Source of the DNA: Candidatus Flemingiibacterium sp.
Lineage (GTDB): Bacteria; Bacillota; Clostridia; Oscillospirales; CAG-272
Assembly: GCA_045579745.1 (NCBI GenBank)
Contig: JAZNMQ010000046.1
Coordinates: 15,301 to 79,300, forward strand
Reading direction: 5' to 3'
Length of the DNA stretch: 64,000 nt
Each line of letters starts with the position of its first letter. Position 1 is the first letter of the stretch. Below are positions 26,569 through 36,704 of this stretch, in pieces. A model generated the notes under the pieces. It did not search any database. It was not told the origin of the DNA and saw nothing but the letters and a program-made list of their open reading frames with translations. The position numbers and the translations under genes were made by a program.

Positions 26569-27399
26569 GTGAAAAATACGCAGGGTATCCCCAAAATAAT
26601 ACACAGAGTGCTGGTTCTTTTATTATTATCTGCTTTTTCACTTGTTATTTTGACGGTTGCATTTTCAAGCATCGGAGCGAAGGCCGCTTTCCGGCTTGGA
26701 GTTTGGCTGAATGTCGAGGAGGTTGATGTCGATGACTCGGCACATCTTGAGTATTTTGCAGTCAAGCAGGCAATCGATGAATATCAAAGCTATCGTATTT
26801 TTATTGATGAACGGTATGGCGGAAGCTACGATGCAGCACTTGATTTTTTGAAATTCTTAAAACAAAATACCGATGTCAATATTATTTGCATGAAAAATAT
26901 TGATTCGGAGAGTGTAAATAAATATCTTGAATCAGGCGAGGAGAGCATGCTTCCCTCTGAGATGAGCAATTTCCTCCGAGGCTTCATCAGAAAGTTAAGC
27001 AGCTATAATCAGATTCTCCCACCTCAGAAGCGAGTAACCATTTCGGCTGACATGCCTGAAGGAAAATGCTTTATAATTGAAAACGGAAGCTATGATCGCG
27101 CTGTCGAAAGCGATGGCGTGTTCGATATTAATGTTTGCTACCCTGAAAAGGAGGACTGCGACCCAATGTTCAATATCGACTCGATCGCGCTCGACAATGT
27201 GCGCATCCGCTTCGGTACGCTTGACAGTGTTTCATGGTACATCAACTATCTTGAGTCGGTATCAGGAAATTTCGGCATGCCGCTGTTTGAAGGAATCAAT
27301 CAGCCCGATTGCTATTTTCTGATTGAAAGCGGCGGGCAGATCGAGGTGGAGAACGAGAAATGCTATATGAGGAGCGCGAGGATGAAGCGCTTGTTCTGA
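26569..27399 (+). CDS. hypothetical protein with N-terminal signal-anchor
   Basis: GTG start after GAGGTGA. N-terminal hydrophobic segment VLVLLLLSAFSLVILTVAFSSIGA. No family recognised. The 3' end overlaps the next ORF by 40 nt. Confidence 0.45.
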   Translation: MKNTQGIPKIIHRVLVLLLLSAFSLVILTVAFSSIGAKAAFRLGVWLNVEEVDVDDSAHLEYFAVKQAIDEYQSYRIFIDERYGGSYDAALDFLKFLKQNTDVNIICMKNIDSESVNKYLESGEESMLPSEMSNFLRGFIRKLSSYNQILPPQKRVTISADMPEGKCFIIENGSYDRAVESDGVFDINVCYPEKEDCDPMFNIDSIALDNVRIRFGTLDSVSWYINYLESVSGNFGMPLFEGINQPDCYFLIESGGQIEVENEKCYMRSARMKRLF

Positions 27400-28052
27400 G
27401 CGGGGAATTTGATATCTCTGTGCCGTTTTCCCTTTCATTTCAATGCGGACAGAATGAGCCCGATGTGCGCGTGTATCCGTCGCTTCGTGGCTTGGCGGAG
27501 GAGTATTTGACCCTTTTTTCTCCTGATAGCCTCTTTTCGGATGAGGCAATAGCGTGGGCAAAGGCAAAATTCGGAGCGTTTTTTATAAAAAATGAGTTTG
27601 AGCTCAGCGACGATTCCGATGATTATTATATTAATTATCGCCTTAGAAGCGTGGATGAGCGATTTATTATGGACTCGACTCGTATTTTCAAGGGCGATGA
27701 AGAGGCTCAAAACCTTACGGATTATGACCTTGAACAGCTTGTAAATCTTGGGCATATGTGCTCTATAACCGTTGTTGAGGACAAAATCGTTTCAGCCGCA
27801 AGTACGAATGCACCGCTTGAGCAGGGGCTTGCTCTCGGTGAGATAGAGATAGGTGTCGAAACTGCTTCGGGATTTGGCGGAAAGGGATATGGAAAATCAA
27901 CTGTTGCGGCATTGGCCATGGAGCTTGCACGCCGTGGGTGCACTGCGTTGTATGAATGTGCTGCCGGAAACAAGGAGTCGGTTGGATTGATCACATCGCT
28001 TGGCGGTGTTGAATACGCAAGAAATTTCTATATAGTCGGTATAAAATACTGA
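27360..28052 (+). CDS. GNAT family N-acetyltransferase with uncharacterised N-terminal domain
   Basis: The C-terminal ~90 aa carry an acetyl-CoA-binding-like motif (VETASGFGGKGYGKSTVAALAMELARRG). ATG 27360 follows GAGGTGGAG. The N-terminal ~130 aa are unassigned. Confidence 0.6.
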   Translation: MLYEEREDEALVLSGEFDISVPFSLSFQCGQNEPDVRVYPSLRGLAEEYLTLFSPDSLFSDEAIAWAKAKFGAFFIKNEFELSDDSDDYYINYRLRSVDERFIMDSTRIFKGDEEAQNLTDYDLEQLVNLGHMCSITVVEDKIVSAASTNAPLEQGLALGEIEIGVETASGFGGKGYGKSTVAALAMELARRGCTALYECAAGNKESVGLITSLGGVEYARNFYIVGIKY

Positions 28053-28098
28053 CAAAGTCGGGTAAATGTATTTCCTCGGAAAGGACGGACTTTAAAAT

Positions 28099-29850
28099 AT
28101 GGCATATGATGCGGGAATGGTTTGTGCCATCGTAAATGAGCTTGATAGCCGCATTAAAGGCGCTCGTGTTGAAAAGGTAAATCAGCCTGAAAAGGATGAG
28201 ATCGTATTGCTTCTTCACATCGGACGCGAAAATTTGCGGCTTGCATTCTCGTCGGGCTCAAACAACCCTCATTTTAATATTACAGGCACAACCAAGGAAA
28301 ATCCGATGGTTGCGCCTATGTTCTGTATGCTTCTCAGAAAGCATCTCACGGGAGCGCGCGTAAGGGAGGTAACACAGCTCGGATTCGAACGGGCGGTGGA
28401 GGTTGCCTTCGATTGCTACGATGAGATGGGCTTTGCCACGACGAAGTACCTTGTCGCGGAAACAATGGGAAAATACAGCAATATTATCCTGCTGAACAGC
28501 GAAAAAAAGGTAATCAGCGCATTAAAGATAATCGACCTTGCTTCGAGCTCGGTAAGACAGATTCTGCCCGGCTTTCCGTATGAGCTTCCGCCGGAGCAGA
28601 AGAAATTCTCGCCGCTTGCGGTTGATGAAATGCAGCTGCGCACAGCGTTTGAAAATTCCCCCGATATGCCTGCTGACAAGTTTATTCTTTCAAATTTCTA
28701 CGGATTTGCGGCAATTGTGGCTCGCGAAATTGCTTTTCGCGCATCGGGACGTGTTGATTCGATGCTTTCCGAATGTAGCGCTGAAAAGCTTTGGAATAGC
28801 TTTGCTGAGATTCGGGATAATTTGCTAAACCACCGCTTCGAGCCATGGCTCGTAAGTGACCAGACAGGCAGGCCTATCGAATATTGCTTCTTTGAGCCGC
28901 TCGAATATTCTTCGCCGATTGAGGTGAGAAAGCTTGACAACTTTGGGGAGCTGCTTGATGAATATTTTGGCAGGCGTGACCACGCGGAGCGTATTCGTCA
29001 ACGCACAGCTGATATCTTTCGGTTGCTTACGAACGCGGAAACGCGCTTGACTAAGAAAATCGCACTCCAGAAGCAGGACCTCGCAGCCTGCGCAGATAAG
29101 GATAAATACAAGCTTTGGGGCGACCTTATTACCGGCAATATCTATAGGCTTGAACGCGGAATGGAAAAGGCACATCTTGAAAATTACTATGAGGAAGATT
29201 GCCCTCAGATCACAATCGCTATGGATAAACGCCTGTCACCTCAGCAAAACGCTCAGCATTATTACAAGCGTTATAACAAGTCAAAGGTCGCCGAAATAGA
29301 GCTTGCAAAGCAGATAAAGCTTGCACAGGCGGAGCTTGAGTATATCTATACCGTTTTTGATTCGCTGACCCGCGCGGAATCGGAAAGTGATATTCTTGAG
29401 ATACGGGATGAGCTGTACCGCTCAGGCTATGCTTCGAGGATGAAGAACTACGCGGCAAAAAAGCTCTCCGCTCCGAAGCTTATGGAGTTTAAGTCGAGCG
29501 GTGGATATCGAATCCTTTGCGGCAAAAACAATCATCAGAACGACCATCTCACGACAAGGGTTGCGGCGAAGCACGATTATTGGTTCCACGTTAAAAATCA
29601 GCCCGGCTCGCATTGCGTTATGATAACCGATGGGGAAGAACCCTCAGAGCAGGATTTTACCGAGGCAGCCATCATTGCAGCGTACTATTCAAAGGTGTCA
29701 GACGGCGAAAATGTCGCGGTTGACTACACGCTTATTAAAAATATCCGTAAGCCGAACGGCTCAAAACCCGGATTTGTAACGTATAATACCAACTATACTG
29801 CATATGTTACTCCTGATGAAAAGCTCGTTTTGTCATTGAAAATCAAATGA
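28099..29850 (+). CDS. rqcH: ribosome quality control factor RqcH (Rqc2/NFACT, formerly fibronectin-binding protein A)
   Basis: 583 aa. NFACT-N start MAYDAGMVCAIVNELDSRIKGARVEKVNQPEKDEIVL, a coiled-coil middle, and a C-terminal NFACT-R region (WFHVKNQPGSHCV). Confidence 0.85.
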   Translation: MAYDAGMVCAIVNELDSRIKGARVEKVNQPEKDEIVLLLHIGRENLRLAFSSGSNNPHFNITGTTKENPMVAPMFCMLLRKHLTGARVREVTQLGFERAVEVAFDCYDEMGFATTKYLVAETMGKYSNIILLNSEKKVISALKIIDLASSSVRQILPGFPYELPPEQKKFSPLAVDEMQLRTAFENSPDMPADKFILSNFYGFAAIVAREIAFRASGRVDSMLSECSAEKLWNSFAEIRDNLLNHRFEPWLVSDQTGRPIEYCFFEPLEYSSPIEVRKLDNFGELLDEYFGRRDHAERIRQRTADIFRLLTNAETRLTKKIALQKQDLAACADKDKYKLWGDLITGNIYRLERGMEKAHLENYYEEDCPQITIAMDKRLSPQQNAQHYYKRYNKSKVAEIELAKQIKLAQAELEYIYTVFDSLTRAESESDILEIRDELYRSGYASRMKNYAAKKLSAPKLMEFKSSGGYRILCGKNNHQNDHLTTRVAAKHDYWFHVKNQPGSHCVMITDGEEPSEQDFTEAAIIAAYYSKVSDGENVAVDYTLIKNIRKPNGSKPGFVTYNTNYTAYVTPDEKLVLSLKIK

Positions 29851-29884
29851 TTTCTACAATATTTAATAAATATTATTGTAGAAA
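29851..29884 (+). terminator. AT-rich hairpin after rqcH
   Basis: TTTCTACAATA (29851-) pairs with TATTGTAGAAA (-29884). No clear U-run, so efficiency is uncertain. Confidence 0.4.
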
Positions 29885-29907
29885 GATGAAAAATATATAA
29901 TAAGGAC

Positions 29908-29936
29908 TTGAAATTTTCTCTGTATCGCGGTATACT
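29908..29936 (+). promoter_or_regulatory. sigma-A-type promoter of the dprA-topA-trmFO... run
   Basis: TTGAAA (29908-29913), 17 bp spacer, TATACT (29931-29936). Confidence 0.6.
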
Positions 29937-29962
29937 ATTTTGTAAGAGCAATTTTACGGTAT

Positions 29963-31339
29963 ATGCACCAAAGGAAAGGTATGTTCGCCATGAATGATAT
30001 TATCTATTGGGTTTGGCTGTCACTCAAAAATCGATATGGAAGCTCAGATGCTCCCAGACTGCTGAAATATTTCCCCGGCGGTGCTCGTGAAATTTACGAG
30101 GCTTCGCAGGCAGAGCTTTTGCGCGTGCACGAATGCAATGCGAGCTTCATCAAAAGGCTTGATAACCACGACCTTGGCGAGGCTGAGAGAATTCTGGAGT
30201 TCTGTTTTTCGCAGGGCATACAGATAATAAGCTGTGCAAGCCCCCGCTACCCGAAACGACTTCACAGCCTTTATAACAAGCCGATCGTGCTCTATGCCCG
30301 CGGTCAGATACAAAATCTCGATTCGCAGCTTTGCGTGAGCATTGTCGGAACGAGGTCTATGACCGATTACGGCAAGCATACGACCTTCACGATCGCTCGA
30401 CAGCTGATAGGCTATGGAGCGATAATTATAAGCGGTGCGGCATACGGAATAGATTCCTCAGCCAATAATACGGCGGTTTATCTTGAAGCGCCGACTGTAG
30501 CGGTTCTCGGCTCGGGCGTAAATGTTCCATATCCATCGGATAACAAGGACATGCTGGACAAAATTGCATCAAATGGCTTGGTGCTAAGCGAATTTCCGCC
30601 GAATACGGGCCCGAATCGAGGCAATTTCCCTATTCGCAACAGAATAATCAGCGGTCTTTGCGACGCTCTGCTTGTTGTTGAAGCACCGGAAAAGAGCGGA
30701 GCACTTATTACAGCGCGTATAGCGGCAGAGCAGGGCAGACCGGTTTATGCCATCCCCGGCAACATCGGAGCACCGCAAAGCATGGGAACAAATAATCTTA
30801 TTCGCGACGGTGCAAAGCTTGTTACCCGCGCGGAGGATATTCTTGAGGATTTCACAGACAGGTTTGACCTCAGGAAAATTGATGCTATAGTAAACAGCGA
30901 CAAATACCTGAGATACGAATACACTAAAAAAACATCGACAACCAATGCTTCACTTTCAAGAACAAAGCCGGCAAAATCTGCCGAGAAAGGTCCAGAACCA
31001 AGCAGGTCAACGCCTTTGATTCAAAAGAAAGTCGAGCAAACGGATATAAAACCCGAACCAAGGGAAGAACAAATCGAAATTCCGATAAAAGCTCAGATCG
31101 AAGCACAAACGAAAAAAGAAGAATCGGATAAAACGGACGGAGTAATTACGGGGAGCGACATCTTTTCGGCGGTCCATGTACGCGTTCTCAAAGCAATGCC
31201 GAGCGGCGTTGCGGTAACGCCTGATGAGATTGCACAGCATGGAATCCCAACAAATCAAGTTTTGGCATCGCTCACAATTCTTGAAATGGCGTCTGCTGTT
31301 GAAGCGATGGCAGGCGGTAAGTACAAAAAATGCATCTAA
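29963..31339 (+). CDS. dprA: DNA-processing protein DprA
   Basis: Rossmann-like DprA core (VSIVGTRSMTDYGK, ISGAAYGIDSSA, GNFPIRNRIISGL, SGALITA). A long low-complexity linker precedes a winged-helix-like C-terminus. The start could also be ATG 29990. Confidence 0.85.
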   Translation: MHQRKGMFAMNDIIYWVWLSLKNRYGSSDAPRLLKYFPGGAREIYEASQAELLRVHECNASFIKRLDNHDLGEAERILEFCFSQGIQIISCASPRYPKRLHSLYNKPIVLYARGQIQNLDSQLCVSIVGTRSMTDYGKHTTFTIARQLIGYGAIIISGAAYGIDSSANNTAVYLEAPTVAVLGSGVNVPYPSDNKDMLDKIASNGLVLSEFPPNTGPNRGNFPIRNRIISGLCDALLVVEAPEKSGALITARIAAEQGRPVYAIPGNIGAPQSMGTNNLIRDGAKLVTRAEDILEDFTDRFDLRKIDAIVNSDKYLRYEYTKKTSTTNASLSRTKPAKSAEKGPEPSRSTPLIQKKVEQTDIKPEPREEQIEIPIKAQIEAQTKKEESDKTDGVITGSDIFSAVHVRVLKAMPSGVAVTPDEIAQHGIPTNQVLASLTILEMASAVEAMAGGKYKKCI

Positions 31340-31365
31340 CTCATTAAAGGAGAAATAACTTCATA

Positions 31366-33636
31366 ATGGCTAACCTCGTAATAATGGAGTCCCCGACAAA
31401 GGCGGGCACAGTTAAAGGCTACCTTGGCTCGGGATATAAAGTCGTCGGATGCACGGGACATATCCGTGATTTGCCCAAAAGCACACTCGGCATTGATATA
31501 GATAACGATTTCACGGCGAAGTATATCAACATTCGCGGCAAGGGTCCTTTGATTAAGGATTTGAAAAAAGAAGCTAAAAATGCAGATAAAGTATACCTCG
31601 CAACGGACCCTGACAGAGAGGGTGAAGCTATCGCGTGGCACTTGTCAGAGGCGCTCGGTATTTCCGAAAACAAGATACGCCGCGTAACATTCAACGAAAT
31701 AACAAAAAAAGCCGTAAAAGCAGGAATGAAGGCTCCGCGAGAGATTGACATGGGACTTGTCAATTCACAGCAGGCGCGCAGACTTCTTGACAGAATCGTA
31801 GGATATAAATTAAGTCCGTTCCTGTGGAAAACTATTAAGAGCGGTTTGTCGGCAGGTAGAGTTCAATCTGTTGCCACACGCATAATAGTTGAACGTGAAA
31901 ATGAGATCAACGCTTTCGTTCCGGAGGAATATTGGACGATTGACGTGCTTCTTGAAAATAAGAATCGCGGTAAGATAAAGGCGAAATTCTACGGTACCGA
32001 CAACGGTAAAGCTCAGCTTCATTGCGAGTCGGATGCTATGGCTGTCGTTCGTGCTATCGAAGGCAAAGAATTTAATGTAAAATCGGTGAAAAAGGCGATT
32101 CGAATCAAGAATCCCGCACCTCCGTTTACAACCTCTACCCTTCAGCAGGAGGCATCCCGTCGTCTCGGCTTCCAGTCACAGCGCACAATGCGCGTTGCGC
32201 AGGAGCTTTACGAGGGTATTAATCTCGGAAGCTCGAACGGCGGTGTACAGGGTCTTATCACCTATATGCGTACAGATTCTCTGAGAATTGCCGACGAGGC
32301 GGCTGACGCAGCAAAGGCGTATATTACTGAAAAATACGGAGAGAACTTCTATCCTGCCGAAAGAAGAATATATAAAACAAAAAACAATGCGCAGGATGCT
32401 CATGAAGCGGTTCGCCCGTCAAATCTTTCGTTTGAGCCCGAAAAAATCAAGAAGTTTTTGACCACGGACCAGTATAGACTTTATAAGCTTATTTGGGACC
32501 GTTTTATGGCGAGCCAGATGGCATCGGCTGAGCTTGATACAGTAACGGCGGATATTGAAGCGGGCGGATATATCTTCCGATCGAGCGGATATTCAGTCAA
32601 ATTTCAAGGCTATATGACTCTTTATGAGGAAGCAGAGGACTATGTTGCGCCCAATAATGCGGATGCGGATAAACCCGAAAAGAGTATTCGCTTGCCCAAG
32701 ATTGAGGAAGGAGAGTCGTTATCTCACCTCTCCACACAGCCGTCGCAGCATTTTACCGAGGCTCCGCCCCGCTATAATGAGGCATCGCTTGTAAAATTCC
32801 TCGAGGAAAAGGGAATCGGCAGACCGAGCACATTTGCGACTATAATCACCACTATAATTGCAAGAGGTTATGTCGTCAGAGAAAGCAAGTCGCTCAAACC
32901 GACCGAGCTCGGAGAGATTACCACAAGCCTGATGGTAGATAATTTCCCGAATATCGTTGACTACGAATTTACTGCCAATATGGAAACAGAGCTTGATGAA
33001 ATTGCAAATGGTGCGGATACGCTTGTTGGCGTTCTGAGGGGCTTCTATAAAGATTTTGAGAAGAGTCTCGAAACTGCAGAAAAGACAATTGACAAATCGA
33101 AATATGAGCTTTCGGTTGAAGAAACAGACATTATCTGCGAAAAATGCGGTTCAAGAATGGTTGTCAAAAACGGTCGCTTCGGAAAATTTGCGGCTTGCCC
33201 GAATTATCCCGAATGCAAAAATACAAAGCCGCTCGTTGACAAAAAAGCCGAAGCTGATGATAAAGCTGCTCCGACGGATATGGTTTGCGAAAAATGCGGA
33301 AGCCCTATGGTGCTGAAAACAGGACGCTTCGGAAGCTTTTACGCATGCGAGCGATATCCCGAATGCAAGACGACCAAGCAGATAACAAAAGATACCGGTG
33401 TTAACTGCCCGAAATGCGGCTCTAAGATCGTTGTAAAAAAAGGCAAGAACAGAACTGTATTCTACAGCTGTGAAAAATATCCCGAATGCGATTTTTCATC
33501 GTGGGATATGCCTACCAACGAAAAATGCCCGAATTGCGGAGATATTCTCTACAGAAAAAAGGGAAAAAATCAGCTTATATGCAAGCGCGATGGCTGCGGA
33601 TATAAGCGTGAAGCGGAGATTGAAGATGCCGAGTAA
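31366..33636 (+). CDS. topA: DNA topoisomerase I
   Basis: Toprim start [18 protein letters not shown], active-site region YMRTDS, and four C-terminal C4 zinc ribbons (CEKCGS...CPNYPEC and others). Confidence 0.95.
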   Translation: MANLVIMESPTKAGTVKGYLGSGYKVVGCTGHIRDLPKSTLGIDIDNDFTAKYINIRGKGPLIKDLKKEAKNADKVYLATDPDREGEAIAWHLSEALGISENKIRRVTFNEITKKAVKAGMKAPREIDMGLVNSQQARRLLDRIVGYKLSPFLWKTIKSGLSAGRVQSVATRIIVERENEINAFVPEEYWTIDVLLENKNRGKIKAKFYGTDNGKAQLHCESDAMAVVRAIEGKEFNVKSVKKAIRIKNPAPPFTTSTLQQEASRRLGFQSQRTMRVAQELYEGINLGSSNGGVQGLITYMRTDSLRIADEAADAAKAYITEKYGENFYPAERRIYKTKNNAQDAHEAVRPSNLSFEPEKIKKFLTTDQYRLYKLIWDRFMASQMASAELDTVTADIEAGGYIFRSSGYSVKFQGYMTLYEEAEDYVAPNNADADKPEKSIRLPKIEEGESLSHLSTQPSQHFTEAPPRYNEASLVKFLEEKGIGRPSTFATIITTIIARGYVVRESKSLKPTELGEITTSLMVDNFPNIVDYEFTANMETELDEIANGADTLVGVLRGFYKDFEKSLETAEKTIDKSKYELSVEETDIICEKCGSRMVVKNGRFGKFAACPNYPECKNTKPLVDKKAEADDKAAPTDMVCEKCGSPMVLKTGRFGSFYACERYPECKTTKQITKDTGVNCPKCGSKIVVKKGKNRTVFYSCEKYPECDFSSWDMPTNEKCPNCGDILYRKKGKNQLICKRDGCGYKREAEIEDAE

Positions 33637-34987
33637 TCGACCAACAATCAACATCGTCGGTGCAGGACTTGCAGGCTGTGAAGCCGCTTGGCAGGCAATA
33701 AAGCAGGGCGTTGCAGTCAGACTTTATGAAATGAAGCCAACAAAGTATTCGCCTGCACACCATTCGCAGGGCTTTGCGGAGCTGGTCTGCTCAAATTCGC
33801 TCAGGTCGAATATGCTCTCGAACGCTGTTGGCGTACTCAAGGAGGAAATGAGGCGTCTTGGCTCTTTGATAATCGAAGCCGCTTACGCTTCAGAGGTTCC
33901 TGCAGGAAGCGCTCTTGCGGTTGACCGTGAGCTCTTTTCAGAGTATATTACAAACAAGCTTCGCTCACATCCTCTCGTTGAGGTTATCGAGGGAGAGGTG
34001 TGCGATATTCCCGATGGGATTACAGTTATTGCAAGTGGGCCCTTGACCTCAGAGGCGCTGTCGGAATCAATAGGCAAGCTTATAGGCGATGACTATCTGC
34101 ACTTTTTTGACGCGGCAGCACCCATAGTCAGCTTTGATTCGATTGATATGAGCAAGGCGTTTTATGCGTCACGTTATGACAAGGGTGAGGCTTCATATAT
34201 AAACTGTCCGTTCACCAAAGAGGAATACGACCGCTTTTGGGAAGCGCTTATTACTGCCGAGGAAGCAGAATTAAAGGAGTTTGACAAGTCGGAGCAGTTG
34301 ACTGTGTTTGAGGGCTGTATGCCCGTTGAGGTCATGGCAAAGCGAGGTCATGATACACTGCTGTTCGGACCGATGAAGCCTGTAGGCATTACCGTTCCGC
34401 AAACGGGAAAAGAGGCGTATGCAATAGTACAGCTTCGTCAGGAAAATTCCGAAAAGAGCATGTACAATATCGTAGGCTTTCAGACCCATCTTAAATTTCC
34501 GGAACAGAAGCGTGTTTTCGGGATGATTCCGGGACTTGAAAACGCAGAATTTTTGCGCTATGGAGTAATGCACCGCAACACCTTTATGAATTCACCCAAG
34601 CTGCTTGATAGGACATACATGATGCGCAGTCGTCCGGGACTGTTTTTTGCCGGACAGATGACGGGCGTTGAGGGATATGTTGAAAGCGCATCCTCGGGAC
34701 TTGTTGCCGGACTTAATGCCGCAAGACTTGCGCTTGGTATGGATGCGGTGGCTTTCTCATCAGAAAGCGTAATCGGGTCGCTCGCAGGGTATATCAGCGA
34801 TGAGAATGTCGTGAATTTTCAGCCGATGAATGCGAATTTCGGCTTAGTTTCGCCTCTTGGCTTCAAGGTTAAGGGCGGAAAGAAGGCACGCGGCGAGGCT
34901 ATGGGCCAAAGAGCGCTCGAATACATTGATAATCAGTTGCGACTGCTGACCGACGAAGGAGTTTTAACCAATGAAGCTGATAATTGA
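33626..34987 (+). CDS. trmFO: methylenetetrahydrofolate--tRNA-(uracil(54)-C(5))-methyltransferase TrmFO
   Basis: [19 protein letters not shown] motif and TrmFO/Gid-type sequence throughout. ATG 33626 overlaps the topA 3' end by 11 nt. The track ORF start at 33470 lies inside topA. Confidence 0.93.
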   Translation: MPSNRPTINIVGAGLAGCEAAWQAIKQGVAVRLYEMKPTKYSPAHHSQGFAELVCSNSLRSNMLSNAVGVLKEEMRRLGSLIIEAAYASEVPAGSALAVDRELFSEYITNKLRSHPLVEVIEGEVCDIPDGITVIASGPLTSEALSESIGKLIGDDYLHFFDAAAPIVSFDSIDMSKAFYASRYDKGEASYINCPFTKEEYDRFWEALITAEEAELKEFDKSEQLTVFEGCMPVEVMAKRGHDTLLFGPMKPVGITVPQTGKEAYAIVQLRQENSEKSMYNIVGFQTHLKFPEQKRVFGMIPGLENAEFLRYGVMHRNTFMNSPKLLDRTYMMRSRPGLFFAGQMTGVEGYVESASSGLVAGLNAARLALGMDAVAFSSESVIGSLAGYISDENVVNFQPMNANFGLVSPLGFKVKGGKKARGEAMGQRALEYIDNQLRLLTDEGVLTNEADN

Positions 34988-35978
34988 TGCGATGGGCGGA
35001 GATAACGCTCCCGCAGAGATACTGAAAGGCGCGGCTTTGGCTGTTGCCGAATATAGCGATGTTGAGCTTGTGCTGACCGGAAAAGAAGCGGAGCTTCGAA
35101 AAATATGTGCCGATGAGAAGATTTCAACAGAGCGATTTACATTTATGGACGCGGTTGAAGTCGTTACTATGGAGGATAATCCGACGTCTGTCGTAATGTC
35201 CAAGAAAAATTCCTCGATGGCTCTCGGGTTGAAGGCTTTGGCGGCAGGTGACGGCGAGGCTTTCATCTCGGCAGGAAATACGGGAGCTCTTATGACGGGA
35301 GCTACGCTGTATGTTCGATGTGTAAAGGGGATAAAGCGTGCTGCGATAGCAACGGTCTTGCCGATGGAAAAGCCGCTATTGATGGTAGATTCAGGCTCGA
35401 ATGTCACAGTAACTCCCGAATATCTGCAGCAGTTCGGAATCCTCGGTTCGATTTATGCCGAGAAGGTGCTCGGTGTGAAATCGCCGAAGGTCGGTCTTTT
35501 GAATAACGGCACGGAGGAGCATAAGGGCACGCCTATTGTCGCAGATGCGTACAAGCTCCTATCCTCGACCGAAAGTATAAATTTCGTCGGAAATATTGAA
35601 GGCAACATGATTCCGTTCGCAAAATGTGATGTGCTTGTTACCGACGGATTTACGGGAAATGTCGTACTTAAAACCATTGAGGGACTAAGCAAATACATTT
35701 TAAAGAAGCTAAAGGCGATGTACTTTAGGAGCTTCATAAACAAGCTTTCTGCACTTATGATAAAAGGTGAGTTTGGCGCGCTGAAAAAATCCTTTGACGC
35801 GAGTGAATACGGCGGAGCGCCGTTCCTCGGAATATCGAAGCCCGTATTCAAAGCTCATGGAAGCTCAGACGCCGCTGCAATAAAAAATGCAATCAGGCAA
35901 GCGCGCGAATATGTAAACAAGGATGTTTCCGCAATCATCGCGCAGAGAATTGCCGATACTTTAGAAGATAACAAGTAA
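34971..35978 (+). CDS. plsX: phosphate acyltransferase PlsX
   Basis: [14 protein letters not shown] and SAGNTGALM motifs. Overlaps trmFO by 17 nt, with GAAGGAG upstream. Confidence 0.93.
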   Translation: MKLIIDAMGGDNAPAEILKGAALAVAEYSDVELVLTGKEAELRKICADEKISTERFTFMDAVEVVTMEDNPTSVVMSKKNSSMALGLKALAAGDGEAFISAGNTGALMTGATLYVRCVKGIKRAAIATVLPMEKPLLMVDSGSNVTVTPEYLQQFGILGSIYAEKVLGVKSPKVGLLNNGTEEHKGTPIVADAYKLLSSTESINFVGNIEGNMIPFAKCDVLVTDGFTGNVVLKTIEGLSKYILKKLKAMYFRSFINKLSALMIKGEFGALKKSFDASEYGGAPFLGISKPVFKAHGSSDAAAIKNAIRQAREYVNKDVSAIIAQRIADTLEDNK

Positions 35979-35990
35979 CGGAGGTCAAAA

Positions 35991-36704
35991 ATGGGAAACT
36001 TTCCTCTTTCTCCTAATGATTTTGAGGATAAAATAGGTTATCATTACAAAAACATACAATTACTTGTTGATGCTCTGACGCATTCGTCCTATGCCAACGA
36101 AATGAAGGCAAAGGGCGACGATGTCGTTTTTAATGAGCGCCTTGAATTTCTTGGAGATTCGGTGCTGTCTATAATTGTCAGTGATTATCTTTACCGCCAT
36201 TATTCCGACCTGCCGGAGGGAGATTTAACGCGCATCAGAGCGAGCGCTGTATGCGAAAAAACGCTCGGCAAGCTTGCACTTGAACTCGAGCTTGGAAACT
36301 ATATGCGTCTTGGCCGCGGAGAAGAAATGACAAACGGCAGAAAGCGCATTTCGATTTTAGCCGACGCATTTGAAGCACTTCTTGCATCCATCTATATAGA
36401 TTCGGGCTCGCGTAGTGCAGTCGAAGCGTTTCTTATGCCGCGTGTTATACCCGAAATCAAGCAGTTTGTAGAAAACGGCAAGAATAAGGACCACAAGACA
36501 TTGCTGCAGCAGATAGTTCAGCAAGAACACGGAGAACGGCTCGAGTATGTTCTCGTAGGAGAGAGCGGTCCCGACCATGCAAAGGTCTTTGAGGTTGAAG
36601 CCAGACTTAACAGTAATGTAATAGGTCACGGCAAGGGAAAAACAAAACGCGAGGCTGAACAGATGGCGGCTAAGGAAGCGCTTGTGCTGTTTGGAGATAA
36701 ATGA
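35991..36704 (+). CDS. rnc: ribonuclease III
   Basis: RNase III signature NERLEFLGDSVL and a C-terminal dsRBD (GKGKTKREAEQMAAKEAL). Confidence 0.93.
   Translation: MGNFPLSPNDFEDKIGYHYKNIQLLVDALTHSSYANEMKAKGDDVVFNERLEFLGDSVLSIIVSDYLYRHYSDLPEGDLTRIRASAVCEKTLGKLALELELGNYMRLGRGEEMTNGRKRISILADAFEALLASIYIDSGSRSAVEAFLMPRVIPEIKQFVENGKNKDHKTLLQQIVQQEHGERLEYVLVGESGPDHAKVFEVEARLNSNVIGHGKGKTKREAEQMAAKEALVLFGDK

Noticed and set aside
26321-26572. 83-aa ORF after yceD.
   Set aside because: It overlaps the 3' half of rpmF out of frame, then the rpmF terminator and the next promoter. The region is explained by rpmF, which the ORF track missed because of its length cut-off.
27327-27399. Possible programmed or erroneous frameshift joining ORF 26569-27399 to the GNAT ORF 27360-28052.
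   Set aside because: The GNAT frame has a stop at 27324-27326. Its ATG at 27360 has a good SD (GAGGTGGAG). Two overlapping, translationally coupled genes is the simpler reading. The overlap is kept as a low-key remark in the findings only.
26569-28052. GNAT as the toxin of a GNAT/RHH (TacT/AtaT-like) toxin-antitoxin pair.
   Set aside because: The upstream partner is a 276-aa signal-anchored protein, not a ~90-aa RHH/DUF1778 antitoxin. The GNAT also carries a large extra N-domain. The architecture does not fit.
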